Assembly (NCBI RefSeq): GCF_001194135.2
Contig: NC_069003.1
Span: 3,420,151-3,484,150, forward strand
Source: Octopus bimaculoides
Taxonomy: Eukaryota
Length of the DNA stretch: 64,000 nucleotides
Direction: 5' to 3'
Below are positions 23,951-37,262 of the stretch, piece by piece. Below the pieces are notes generated by a model that had not been told where the DNA came from, searched no databases, and saw only the letters and a program-made list of their open reading frames with translations. Positions within the stretch are counted from its first letter, which is position 1. The number at the start of each line of letters is the position of its first letter. The position numbers and the translations under genes are program-made.

Positions 23951-24639
23951 CACACACGCACACATTACTCATACAGTTTATCCAATAGCTGTTCACATTC
24001 TCATGTACTTAAAATATTCTATAAATGACGAGAAATTGATTAATAAGGAAATGGTTAACTGTAAGTGAAAAATCAAAGAAAATTCTAACGGAGAATCGTA
24101 AAACCAAAAGGTTACAGGAGTAGTAATTTTGATGGCATACCTAAACATATATCTCGCGTCTACTTCGAAAATGAAAAGAAAAAAATGCACAGTTACGCAG
24201 AGTTAATACATCAGGAAGTAAGGACTCCCAGAATCATTATATTCATGTTCAAATATAAGTGAAACATCAGAAACTGGTGAAGAGAGTGTCCTATTATTTT
24301 GTTCAGGAAGTAACAATGGCTTTGTCAAAATAACTGGGTGAACAAAATTTATGACACTAGATTTTTAAATGTCATCTCCTATATTACTCGCTGGTTACCT
24401 ACTTTTCTAGCTTGTCATCCAAGCTAATCTGTTTTAGAGACTGTCGTTATTCTTTGATTAGTTTAAACTGAGTGAAAAACTGTTCATTAGTTTTTGTTTG
24501 GTTATAAAACACCAGATAAACACCATCGATTCAGCTAGAAGTTTAGTTCAACTACCATAAAACTTTTTATCAACATTTAATCTAATCTTGAACATTTCCT
24601 GTCTTGCATTGATTTCATTATCGACAGATTCAAAGATGA

Positions 24640-24820
24640 CATGCTGGCCGAGCGGGTAGAGCTATGCGCAAATTCTTGCGACGCTTTATGTTCTGATTTC
24701 AAATCGTTTCGACAACAACTTTCCCACTCATCCTCGGAGGACGATAAAACAAGATGTCAGTCACGTACGGGAGATCATGTGATGGACACTCCTCCGCTCC
24801 CAGAATAATTGTTGAGCTTT
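24640..24820 (+). mobile_element. SINE family C, degenerate
   Basis: atgttctgatttcaaatc...actcatcctcggaggacgataaaacaag resembles the family C core. Confidence 0.55.
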
Positions 24821-24907
24821 GACTGTTATACACGTTTTCTTTCATCTATTCTTATCAAAGCACCAGAACAATGAAATTCCAAGTACTATTATGACAACTT
24901 TATGACT

Positions 24908-24987
<80 letters not shown>

Positions 24988-25674
24988 NNNNNNNNNNNNN
25001 NNNNNNNNNNNNNNNNNNNNNNNNNNNNNNNNNNNNNNNNNNNNNNNNNNNNNNNNNNNNNNNNNNNNNNNNNNNNNNNNNNNNNNNNNNNNNNNNNNNN
25101 NNNNNNNNNNNNNNNNNNNNNNNNNNNNNNNNNNNNNNNNNNNNNNNNNNNNNNNNNNNNNNNNNNNNNNNNNNNNNNNNNNNNNNNNNNNNNNNNNNNN
25201 NNNNNNNNNNNNNNNNNNNNNNNNNNNNNNNNNNNNNNNNNNNNNNNNNNNNNNNNNNNNNNNNNNNNNNNNNNNNNNNNNNNNNNNNNNNNNNNNNNNN
25301 NNNNNNNNNNNNNNNNNNNNNNNNNNNNNNNNNNNNNNNNNNNNNNNNNNNNNNNNNNNNNNNNNNNNNNNNNNNNNNNNNNNNNNNNNNNNNNNNNNNN
25401 NNNNNNNNNNNNNNNNNNNNNNNNNNNNNNNNNNNNNNNNNNNNNNNNNNNNNNNNNNNNNNNNNNNNNNNNNNNNNNNNNNNNNNNNNNNNNNNNNNNN
25501 NNNNNNNNNNNNNNNNNNNNNNNNNNNNNNNNNNNNNNNNNNNNNNNNNNNNNNNNNNNNNNNNNNNNNNNNNNNNNNNNNNNNNNNNNNNNNNNNNNNN
25601 NNNNNNNNNNNNNNNNNNNNNNNNNNNNNNNNNNNNNNTATATATATATATATATATATATATTCTTTTATCCC

Positions 25675-25820
25675 TTTATTCTCCTACTTGTTTCAGTCAA
25701 TTGATTGTGGCCATGCTGGAGCACCGCCTTTTGGTCTTTGTAAGCGTGGTGCTTATTGCTTATACTATCGCTTCTCCTGTCGAACCGCTATGTTACGGGG
25801 ACGCAAACACACCAATACGT
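25675..25820 (-). mobile_element. SINE family B, 3' part
   Basis: tacttgtttcagtca...ggccatgctggagcaccgcctt...gaaccgcta.gttacggggacgcaaacacacca. Confidence 0.8.
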
Positions 25821-26561
25821 ACGAAAACTTATATAATTTGTGAGGCGGTTGGGGGGGGGGTGCATGTGAGCGTGCATGTGTCTGTCTGTGTATGCATTCT
25901 ACACGCAACTGCCACTGCAAAAGCGAACTATAAATCGTTCAACACGCAGTAACATGGATAGATGCCTTCACGTACACGCAACATACACCGCAAACACGGA
26001 CACACAGTAACACACATAGACACATAGACAGAACGCATACGAGCAAAGAAAAGAAATAAAATAAAACATCCACTAACAGATAGAAGGATACGTACCAGCC
26101 TGTAATATACAAACATTGATTAACGGGAAGCAAATCTATTGTATATAGAATCCTCCAATTTTTGCTCTCCTCCCTATTATTATTATTATTATTATTATTG
26201 ATGTTGTTTGTTGGGGTTTTTTTACCCAGTTTTCTGCTAGATTTTTGTTGTATTTTGTCTTGTTTTCTTTTGATTCTTTTCTTCTTTTCCTATTTGCATC
26301 TTTGCTTTTTCCTTCCTGTGCAATAGACTTTTTGTTTTTTTTTCTTTTACTCGTTTCTTTTTAGCGTTTATTCAGTCTCGTTTCCATTTGACCTGGTTAA
26401 CATCAGGCTGGGACGGAAATTGGCCTCTTGCCAAAATTGCTTCTTAAGCATAGGGTGCTAATAATAATAATAACAATAACAATAGATAATAACTAGCAAT
26501 TTTAAACTAAGTTTAACATGCTGACTACAACAATTGCACTTTTTCCACATGTATGCGTGTT

Positions 26562-26606
<45 letters not shown>

Positions 26607-26608
<2 letters not shown>

Positions 26609-26958
26609 CATTTAACCTTCCGCGGAGTATAGGCCACTTACAATTGAATTTCATGTCCCATAATTTCTCTTTTCTGTACTTTTCCTCTGCCATGAATGTC
26701 CCCCTTTCTCTAGTTACTTTTGTGTTGATCTACGCCACGTGTTCTTAGGCCTACCCCTCTTTCTATATCCATCCGGATTCCTCTGTAAAGCACTTTTCGC
26801 TACATTTGGTGTGTCTTTTCTAATTGTGCTACCAATCTACTTCTACTTTTTTTTAATATTTAGTCCCTAGTTGAAACTTGATTTGTTCTTTGCCATAGCT
26901 CCATATTGCTTATATATTCGAGCCATCTAATTTTATGTATACTACGCAGTTTTAAGTA
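26607..26958 (-). mobile_element. RTE-clade LINE 3' fragment
   Basis: LRSIHKIRWLEYISNMELWQRTNQ, then IRKDTPNVAKSALQRNPDGYRKRGRPKNTWRRS, ending ggcctatactccgcggaaggttaaatgc plus a (TA)n run. This is the classic RTE C-terminus (LRRIL.IRW...ISN.ELW.RT.Q; WNPQG.RKRGRPKNTWRR). Confidence 0.85.
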
Positions 26959-26959
26959 T

Positions 26960-27185
26960 ACTACACTTTCCTCTCCATACACTTTCTGCAAATTTGTGTA
27001 GGCCTCTGAGCAGGAATCGCCACGACAACATTCTGTCATGGTCACGGCGGAAGTGAGCGAGAACGTTTAAAACTTAAGGAGCACGCCCAGCAATATTGAT
27101 AGTCAATCTGTAACAAGCTGTTTTACTCTGCATGCTTTAACTTAGTTATTATGGCAATAGTCCGGATACTTATTGATCAGACCCC

Positions 27186-27190
<5 letters not shown>
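26960..27190 (-). mobile_element. Mariner (Tc1/mariner) 5' end: TIR plus transposase N-terminus
   Basis: The minus strand begins ta-tacggggtctgatcaataagtatccggact (mariner-type TIR, 27159-27190) and encodes GDSCSEAYTNLQKVYGEESV, like mariner N-termini (G.S..ET...L..VYGE..). Confidence 0.75.
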
Positions 27191-27222
<32 letters not shown>

Positions 27223-27261
27223 CACACACACACACACACACAAATATATACACATATATAT

Positions 27262-27750
27262 ATTCTTTTATTCTTTTCCTGGTTTTAGTCATTCGACTGC
27301 GGCCATGCTGGAGCACCATCTTTTTGCCGAGCAAATCCACCCCAGTACATTCTTTGCAAGCCTAGTACTTATTCTATCGGTCCCTTTGTGCGGAACCGCT
27401 AAGTTATGGGGACGTAAACACACCAGNNNNNNNNNNNNNNNNNNNNNNNNNNNNNNNNNNNNNNNNNNNNNNNNNNNNNNNNNNNNNNNNNNNNNNNNNN
27501 NNNNNNNNNNNNNNNNNNNNNNNNNNNNNNNNNNNNNNNNACACACACACACACACACACACACACCCACACACACACACACATATATATATATATACAA
27601 ATATACGGCGAGATTCTTTCAGTTTCTTTCTCACAAAGCTTTAGTCGGCCCGAGGCTATAATAGAAGACACTTGACTACGGTGCCACGCAGAGGGACTTG
27701 AACCCGGAACCATGTGGTTTGTAAGCAATCTACTTAGCACACAGCCACTC
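27262..27750 (-). mobile_element. SINE family B, full length across a gap
   Basis: 3' end gcggccatgctggagcacc, gap and microsatellite in the middle, head gaacccggaaccatgtggtt...cacacagccactc. Confidence 0.88.
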
Positions 27751-28321
27751 ATATATATGTATATATATATATATTGGGAGAAAGTGAGAGAGTGTATGAC
27801 AGATAGATGTATACGCCGTTATATACTTTTATGCGTGTATGTGTATCCGTATCCATATTTCTGTATCTACATTCACACACATACTCAGAGATTCAACGCT
27901 CACATATACACACATATTCATAGAAGCAAACCGAAAACTTTGTCTCATCTGCACCACCGATCTACCTACCAGCACCCCGCCCTACTTACCCACCGTCTTA
28001 ATTCTGTTTTTCAGCGGATTGTGATAACATTTTGGAAAATCCATTGTGGACATATTTTTCCTACATATTATACATGTTTTACTCGGCTTGATACCATTAG
28101 CGTCTTTAATAGCCAGTCTCTTGCGATATCCTGTAATTTAGGTTGCTGCTTCTTTTAATATCATCACCCAGGATAAAGTGTAGTCAGCATATCTCTTTCT
28201 CTCTCTCACTCCATCACCCCTCTCTCTCCCTCTCTCTTTTTCTCTTTTACGTTCTCTTTATTTGGACGATATTCTTCTGGAAGAATGTATATATTCATGT
28301 CTTCTTTTCAATTTTGAGCAT

Positions 28322-28427
28322 ATCATCATCATCATCATCACTATTATTATTATTATTATTTATTATTATTATTACTATCATCAACATCATTATTATTATT
28401 ACTATTTTGTTATTATTACTATTATTG

Positions 28428-28475
<48 letters not shown>
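28322..28475. repeat. Compound (CAT)n/(TAT)n microsatellite
   Basis: Direct reading; source of the poly-L, poly-I and poly-N ORFs. Confidence 0.95.
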
Positions 28476-28477
<2 letters not shown>

Positions 28478-28707
28478 CTCCATATTGAACATATTGAAAA
28501 GCTGCATAAGGAAGCTATNNNNNNNNNNNNNNNNNNNNNNNNNNNNNNNNNNNNNNNNNNNNNNNNNNNNNNNNNNNNNNNNNNNNNNNNNNNNNNNNNN
28601 NNNNNNNNNNNNNNNNNNNNNNNNNNNNNNNNNNNNNNNNNNNNNNNNNNNNNNNNNNNNNNNNNNNNNNNNNNNNNNNNNNNNNNNNNNNNNNNNNNNN
28701 NNNNNNN

Positions 28708-28740
<33 letters not shown>

Positions 28741-28747
28741 ATGTGTG

Positions 28748-28782
<35 letters not shown>

Positions 28783-29800
28783 TGCTATCGATGGCTTTCG
28801 TTTCGAAAAGAAAGATGCGTTCGTAATGCAACTTACAGTTTTTGTTGCCTCTCTTGTACAAAAAGGAGGAGTAAATATACTGTGTGCGTGTGTTCTCTCG
28901 ATGTGTTCGATAAAATGACTTTTTTTATTTACCTTTTGTTTTTTGCTTCCAGTTTTTTATTTTTTGTTTTTCAATACTATCTTCTATAGAATACAACTTT
29001 TGCTGGATATACTAGCATTTTTGTGAGTTATTTTTGCCTTCGAGCCTTCAAGCTGTTATATTTTCACAGTTGCATTCTGCTGATAGTGCTGACTTACTGG
29101 GGAAAAAAAAACAAAAAAAAAAAACAACAAAGAAACGAAATGGTTTAATTATGCTTGTTGCTTTGCATTTATTGGTCTTCCTACCTTAGGAATTACAGTT
29201 ATATATATTAATGTAGTTTTTTTTATAATGTCATTATATGACTTTTGGCATTTTTTGTAGTTGTTTCCAGATCAACGCTGTTATATTTACATCGCTGAAT
29301 TCTGTTAGAAGTGAAGACATACTCCACCCCCAAAACGTTAAATTATTGTCGTCGGTTCTATGTATTGGTCCACATGCATTCACGATTACAACTATATATT
29401 ACTTTATTATATTTTGCTGAAGTTCTTATGACAGTTGTTGTTGATGTGAGAAAAAATGTTTTTTCCCGATCAATGCCGTTATAATTTCGCTGCTGGAATC
29501 AACGTATATTCAACATTTACTCTTCGTCTAATGTTTGGCTTATTCTCAGTGTTTCTAAGCGATTGTCTTTCGAACTCGAGAATTACAGCTACATATTTTC
29601 TTTATTGGACAGCTTGTTGCATTTCTGGTTATGTTCATATGTTTCCAGTTTTTATGTATTAGTTTAATGTCCTTCACAAATTCATCTCTAAATTACACAA
29701 TATTGTTGAAGACCTTTTGAGATTTCAATTTGATATAAACAAAATTATTAGATGAGTTTTCTAACCTCCGTTGCGCTTGTTTATATCTCCTCACCATATC

Positions 29801-30542
29801 TTATCGAATAAACGTATAATGAAAGTCATATCACCAACCTGGTCACCCAGAAATTTATAGCAGTCTACGAGTTTGTTACTATGCAGTGAGTCCTTTTTTT
29901 GCAAGTCATTAGATTGTAAAATAAGAAGCTGTCTGGTTGCTATTTTCAGTCATTCGTGCGACCTTATAAATTATCCTTGGACTTGCTTGCCTTTAATAAA
30001 TTCCACCTAGGAGATCTAAAAAGTAGAAACCTGTCCGTTTTAATTATTGCCAAGTTAGAGACGAAAGATTTCCTCTTTTATTGTTTCAAGTTCTGAGAAT
30101 TGGGAATTTATTCTCAGACCGTAAACCTGCCGCAAATGTATGAAGCACAGTGAATTCCGTTAACGATAACTAAATACCTGTTGGTGATGTAAAGTTAATC
30201 AGATGGACTAACAACAATTGTCTTCAAATTGAAAATTCACACCTAATTGAACTGTCTTTATTTTTCAATAATTTGGATTAGTTAATATTAAAGTCGGCTC
30301 CCTTGCTTTTTGCTCTTAGATTTTAGGCCAATTGAGAGGGCATTTGTAGTCCTTGTTTATCGAATAAACTTATGGTTGAAATCATATCGTAAACCTGATC
30401 ATCTAGCCTTTTTATAACAGTCAACGAGCTAAAACACGATACAGTGAGTCCCTCTTGTGCATATTATTTGATGGTAAAATGACAAGTTGCTTGGTTGCTG
30501 TTTGGAGTCGTTCGTGCTTATTTATACATGATCCCTGAACTT
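29801..30542. repeat. Diverged direct duplication (29801-29984 vs 30357-30542)
   Basis: Shared collinear anchors ttatcgaataaac, tcatatc, aacctg.tca, tttata.cagtc.acgag, cagtgagtcc, gtaaaat, tggttgct and gtc.ttcgtgc; roughly 70% identity by eye. Confidence 0.8.
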
Positions 30543-32820
30543 ATTTGATAATTGTAAGGATAACTGTTGGTATTTGAAGTATTTCTTATGGGAGGTTCTA
30601 CCTCTAACAGCAGTTATCATACCGAATCTCACCCTGCGGTTTTACAACAATATCGTTGTCATATATATATATATATATATATATACGCATGAATATGGCA
30701 GGAAAACTCGTATAAAAGGAAAAAAAAAATCGCTCGTTTTATCAACATATCTGTTTTAAAATCTGAGCGGTCTAAGTTATATCGCTTAGCTTCACAGCAA
30801 GACTAAAAAGCTTCTGATGTGATTCTGTAAGCTTAGTTATTTACAACACATGCTGCGCTGACACTAATACTTTATAGCCAGCCTAAATCACGTAAATGAT
30901 TTATTCCATTTCGAGATGGCCAATAGCCAGAATCGTATGAGGTTCGGATAAAATATTGTTGCACTTCTGTGTTTTTATTCCATCTCTCTCCATTCTTCGC
31001 CGCGGTTAAAGTTGCTCTAGTATTATAAAGAGTGTCTATGACTGGTGCAAAGAAAATGTATTATATATGAATAGTAACCCAACTAAATATATACAAACTT
31101 ATATATATAGCATTGAATCGGAGTCGATAGAACTCCTAGTCTCAAATAATGCTTTAATAATTTTTCCTGTAATTTCTACTTGATTTCTGAGGGCGATCGG
31201 GTTCATTTTCAGTATTCTTGTTTGTGAGAGCAATCGAGTTTATTTCAGATATTCTCATTTTAGAAATCATCTCTATCTAAATCGTTGAGGACGTTGGTGT
31301 TGCCTTGGCGGACGTTTGCGCTCTCTGAGAACTCTTATTAATATTATTGCGTAAATTTCATCACCCACCCTACCGACGTGGCCAGAGGCATCATATGATT
31401 TCTATCCGCATCATAATCATTATCGATGTAGATATATCTGGAGGTTATACAGAGATTATCATTCAAATAAATTAGGGAGTTAATAACTTTAAATATGATT
31501 TACTCTGTAATTGGCTGTCTGCACGATGGAGTGTCAGTCTTCCCCCAATTTTATTTTCCCTAAATCTCTTCCTCACCCCTCAACGATCTCTTCCCAACTC
31601 ATTCTCTCTTTCTCTCTACGTGCATGCATATATATATAGTGTGTGTTTGTGTGTGTATATATGTATATATAGATGTGTATATATGTCGGTACATATATAT
31701 ATGTATATCTATATAGATATATGTACAAGTATATATATATATACATATATATATGTACATATATATGTATACAGATGCGTATGTATATATATACACATAC
31801 AAATATATATATGCATGCGTGTCTACATGTGTGCGTATGTGTGTGCGTATGTGTGTGCCAGCCGTCTCTGCCTCTGCCTTAACTTTCTCAGTCTCACACT
31901 TTCTATATCTTTCCATATGTATGGTAAATACATATAAATGTATGTGTGTGTATATATATATATATATATATCTATCTATATATATATATATATATATATA
32001 TGAATACATACAGGCATCAAGACAGATATATGTGTGTATATGTGCGTATATGTGTGCATGAATTTAAATGCATGTATGTCTCTCTCTCCCATTCTCTATT
32101 TATGCATATATGCGTTTGTACGTTACGTGTCTGTTAGAATATGTACATATATATGTATGGGTGTGTTTATATGTATATATATATGAATGTGTGTGTGTGT
32201 TTGTGTGTGTCCTTCTCACACACGCTCTTTCTTTTATGTCGACCAATAATGAGTGAAAACACAGTTGAAAGGCGTTCGCTGCGCTAAGCTGATTTATCCT
32301 AGCAATCACATCGAATTTTAATTCCTTGACCAACCACAAAGGGAGTACAAATGAGAGAGCGTAAACACCGCCAGTCACCACACCGCAGCGTACAACAGCA
32401 CCTCACGCATCATAACGTTCACCATTCTGACCACACACCACGCACACACTTATAATTTTCCTACAAGCGCAACCCTACACCATGACCTCACCAATCGCCG
32501 CGAACTGGGCGCAGAATTCAATTTTATGATTAACCTCAAAGGATAATGATGCGATTTGGAGACTAGTTAACAAGCAAATACAATCTGTTTAGGATTATTC
32601 GTGTTCGTTGGACAGAGATGAGGATAAAAATGTCAGCAAATATCTTGAACGAATTGTAACGATTAATAGCCATAAATGTATGTGCTATTCTTCGCCTGAA
32701 TGTGTGTATGTGTGTGTGTGTGTGTGCGGGGGAAGGTGTGTATATGTGTGTGTGTGTGCAGGAGTGCGTTTATGATTATGCATTGTTTGAGATAATATCT
32801 GTCCATAATGTATGTGTCCG

Positions 32821-32887
<67 letters not shown>

Positions 32888-34707
32888 TCATACATCTCTG
32901 ACTATTTATATAAATATATATCTCTATCTATCTATCTATCTATCTATATCTATCTATCTATGTATGTATCTCTATCTACCTATCTATTTATCTATCTATT
33001 TGTCTCTCTACACACACATACACACACACGCATACATACACACAATCATATATATATATATACATGCACACACACACACACACATACTTATACACTCGTA
33101 CTTATGCATACTTAAATATATAACTTATACACTTATATTTACGTGTGCATATTTACGCATATGTACACTCACAAGCACACACTCTCACACACACACACAC
33201 ATATATATGTACGTGTTTGTGTATGTATTTATATTTCCTGTCTGTGCAGGTGCCTATTCGTTTTTATACTAGGTTATATATAAGTAGCATCTTGTGGTAA
33301 GTAGTATGCTTTACTGTACGGTGTCAGCTAACTTCTGATTCAATGATCGCAATAACATTACTACCTGCCTGCTAGAGATAGCAGCCAGGTTTCCCACAAC
33401 AAACAAACCTTAACTTTAAAAAAAAAATCTCTTCTGCGTCGAAAAGTCCGCCGCTCTGGGAACGATGAGGCACAGGAAAGATACAAGATAATTGTGTTTT
33501 GAATATCTCTTTATTGTAAGTTTCTTCCGTCCCGGATGACATGGGGCGGAACCAGCAGCGACAGCATCAAAAACAGGACATCTTGTATGTTCTGTTTATG
33601 TGTGTCTGTGTTTACACACACTCACATATATAAACAAATAAATAGGGATAATGTATCTATAATGACTAGTGGAAACAGGTGTATGCCAAATTCTCTCTCA
33701 TAAAGTAATTATATATAATGACCATTATTTTTCACTTCTTTCATATATATATATAATATATATATATATATANNNNNNNNNNNNNNNNNNNNNNNNNNNN
33801 NNNNNNNNNNNNNNNNNNNNNNNNNNNNNNNNNNNNNNNNNNNNNNNNNNNNNNNNNNNNNNNNNNNNNNNNNNNNNNNNNNNNNNNNNNNNNNNNNNNN
33901 NNNNNNNNNNNNNNNNNNNNNNNNNNNNNNNNNNNNNNNNNNNNNNNNNNNNNNNNNNNNNNNNNNNNNNNNNNNNNNNNNNNNNNNNNNNNNNNNNNNN
34001 NNNNNNNNNNNNNNNNNNNNNNNNNNNNNNNNNNNNNNNNNNNNNNNNAGTAGAAAAGAATAATATATATGTAATGGATCTTGCATGCCTGAATTGGATT
34101 CGATCTACAATAGCCAAATTTGAATGAACAGTGCAACAGAACTTTTCCCCACGGTGGAACAATGGTTTTTCTCTGACAACAGTTTTACATTTTCCAGATG
34201 CCTTTAGCTAGGCCGAAATAATGTCTTCACCACTTGACCCTTTCTAACCTCTTCTACTTCACCAAAAGCTAGAATAGAGATAACAATACCACCAACTCAA
34301 TCTATTGTTCTCAATGATATGTCTATCTTTCTGGATAGTTATAAAAGCAAGAACACCCCAAGCAAAAACCAAGTAGTCACTTGGCAACAACGGAACGAAG
34401 CGGCTCGTGACGATTCAATTAGTTAGGAAACGGACTCTTATAATCATGATCACAAGGAATGCAGCTACTAAGACAATGGTCAGCGAATGAAATGAAAATT
34501 TACTGTCCGCAACCGTGAGACAACGTCCCACAACCCTACAATTTTCACTAGCTCTAATTCTGTTCTCTTACAACATCATTCTGTCGCTATCTGGATTACT
34601 GTTAACAATTCGTATACGCCAAACTATGCGAAGAAACATTCTACCACATCTAACTTTATGTCGCATGCTTTTGAATTTATTTTAACCTTCCCGTAGAGGC
34701 AAGGTAT

Positions 34708-34880
34708 TGTAACGTAACGGTAAATAAATATTTCCTTAAAACTTCATGCATTGTTCATCTTTCCCATCTTACAACTTGCAATTATAACAGCAAAATTTTT
34801 ATCGTAACAACTGCTGACTCCGTCATTTCATAATATTGTTTACAAATAAATTTCCCTCGTTACAACTGGTGACCCTCGAC
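34708..34880 (+). mobile_element. Putative Gypsy-like LTR plus primer-binding site remnant
   Basis: TGTAACG (34708) ... AATAAA ... CGTTACA (34858-34864), immediately followed by a-c-TGGTGACCCTCGAC. This is the TG..CA LTR followed by TGG PBS pattern. Confidence 0.5.
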
Positions 34881-34919
34881 TTCAATTAACAAGTTTATCG
34901 TTACACGCGCACACACGCG

Positions 34920-34959
<40 letters not shown>

Positions 34960-36469
34960 CGAAAGAAGAGAGAAAAGTTCAGTTTTAATCATCTGACGCG
35001 CGTTTCGGATGCATTGGTATTTTCTGATTCCGCGAATTATTAATCATGCATATTAATCGACCAATATCTCATTGACGAGGGTTCCACGCTGATCGAGTAA
35101 TTAACACCAACACAGCGTTCTCAAAACATCAGTATAATGCTTGGAGTAAAGTACTGGCAAGGATTAATGATAAATGCACTCTGAGGTAATTGTTTGGGTG
35201 TTCCTTCTTGGTTCAATATAATTATTACACTTAATATACTCAGCAATGGCAATATTATTTATTTTTTCAGTTTTTTTAAATTAAATTGTCTAACTCCTAT
35301 TGTTATTCTATTCATTACTATTAGTATTATTTTTATCCTAACCCTAATTTCATTGCTATAATTTTTAATCCTAAAGCTCGAGAATTGGATTATTTATGCG
35401 TTTGCTAATTGCCTTTTTACTTTCTACTCCTTTTAAATTATTCCTAATTATTTAATTATTTTTCTATTACTTTAATTCATTTTAATTTATTTCCATTTAC
35501 ATATTTTCATGTTATTTTCATTTTTATATTTTTTATTGTTTCCTATTAATTTCAATCTAATTCTTTTTTCACATTAGATTATCTTAACCATAATGCAATT
35601 ACATTCAATTTTCAACTTTACATATGCATTCCTCTAAGGAAAAAAACCCTTCCCCAAGCGAATCGGTGATTATTTTCTCCTATGTCTTCCATCCAAATCC
35701 TATATTCAAAATTAACACTCATCAAATTACATTCCGTTCTGACCTAAATATATCTTTTCAATAGCTTTGGCTATATATGCTTCTTATATATATATATATG
35801 TGTGTGTTGTTGTTGTTGTGCGTTTATGGAGAGAAAAAATAACTACAAGCCTTTAATAAAAATTGGAAAAATAAGTGCATAGTGAAACAGAATACGATAT
35901 ATTCTTTCTTTTCTTTTTTAATGTTTGGTGAAACCTAAATTAGAAAGATGAATTCATTCAGTTTACAAATGTTTCGAGTCACTGGACAAAAGGACTCAAA
36001 ATTCTGAATACTTAGAAATTTTGAATAGTGAGTAGGCTACTGAAGTAACCAAAAAGAACTAGAATCCATTACTAGAGGAGTGAATCACTGATGTAAAATT
36101 GTAGGAAAAAATTAAAAAATATATATATTCTGTTGCGCGTATCTTTGTGTAGTTCAGAATCTTCCTTCCCAAAACGTTTTTGGCGGGTTCAATTTTACTG
36201 CGCGGCATCTTTAGTTATTGTGCTGTACCCGTTCAATAGCTCTGAACAAAGGATACATGTTTCCAAACAGACCTGCTTAGGAAACGTGACATTGAGTACA
36301 GTATTAGGGAAATATAATATAAAAGAATTACTTATCGCTGTCAAACTGATTTTTTTTTATGGTCGGATTCCAAACCGAGCCGCAGCAACGGAGACTACGG
36401 AGACCTACCGTATACATGTATAAGTATATGTATGTACGTTTCTCTGTGTACGTGCCTACGTTGCTTGAC

Positions 36470-36660
36470 CACCAATGCGTGACAACCGGTGTTTGTGGAC
36501 GTTCGCTTAACCTCACCTTCCTGACAAACAGAACGACATATAGAAAAAAGAATGATTTAAAAATAACAAGAACTGGAGAAAATTTATTCGACTAACCCCT
36601 TCAAGATAATGCCCCAGCCTGGGAGCAGTTCAATGACTGAAACAAGTAAAAGAATAAGAA
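36470..36660 (+). mobile_element. SINE family B, degenerate 3' half
   Basis: gacaaccggtgt...ttcgactaa...gccccagc...caatgactgaaacaagtaaaagaataag. Confidence 0.7.
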
Positions 36661-36770
36661 ATATTATTAAATACTAAAACAAGTCGGAGACAGACATATC
36701 TTATATAATATTAAAAGCTTTTAAAACATCATAAGGAAATACGAATGTTATTTCAATAAATTATTGATAA

Positions 36771-36915
36771 GGCGGCGAGTTGGCAGAGACGTTAGCACGC
36801 CGGGCGAAATGATTAGCAGTACTTCGTCTGTCATGTTCTGAGTTCAAATTCCGCCGAGGTCGAAATTGCCTTTCATCCTTTCGGGGTCGAAAAATTATGT
36901 ACCAGTTGCGTACTG
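36771..36915 (+). mobile_element. SINE family C, head plus central domain
   Basis: ggcggcgagttggcagagacgttagcacgccgggcgaaat...ttctgagttcaaattccgccgaggtcgaaattgcctttcatcctttcggggtcga. Confidence 0.9.
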
Positions 36916-36917
36916 AG

Positions 36918-37262
36918 GCCGGGCTTCTTTCAGTTTTTAGTCTCCCAGATCCACTCACAAGGCTTTGGTCGGGCCGAGGCTATAGTGGAGAACGAATATC
37001 CCAGCTGACTGAACCCGGAACCATGTGGTTGGGAAACAAACATCCTACCACCCAGCCACTCCAGCGCCTATATATATATATATATTATACAATGGACATT
37101 TTCCGTCTACGAAATTCACTTGCAAGTCTTTGACGGCATGAGGCTACAGTAGCAGACACTGGCCCTAAGTGCCACCCAGTGACAAGGTGCCACGCAGTGC
37201 GACTGAACCCGGAACCATATGGCTGGGTTGCAAACTGTTTACCATAATGACACTCCTACGCC
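36918..37262 (-). mobile_element. Two tandem 5' halves of SINE family B
   Basis: actcacaaggctttggtcgggccgaggctatag...gaacccggaaccatgtggtt...cagccactccagcgcc, then a second ggtgccacgcagtgcgactgaacccggaaccat. Confidence 0.85.

Noticed and set aside
34990-35010. Minus-strand ccGAAACGCGCGTC, identical to a schistosome-type hammerhead stem III
   Set aside because: There is no upstream CUGANGA or matching stem I/II.
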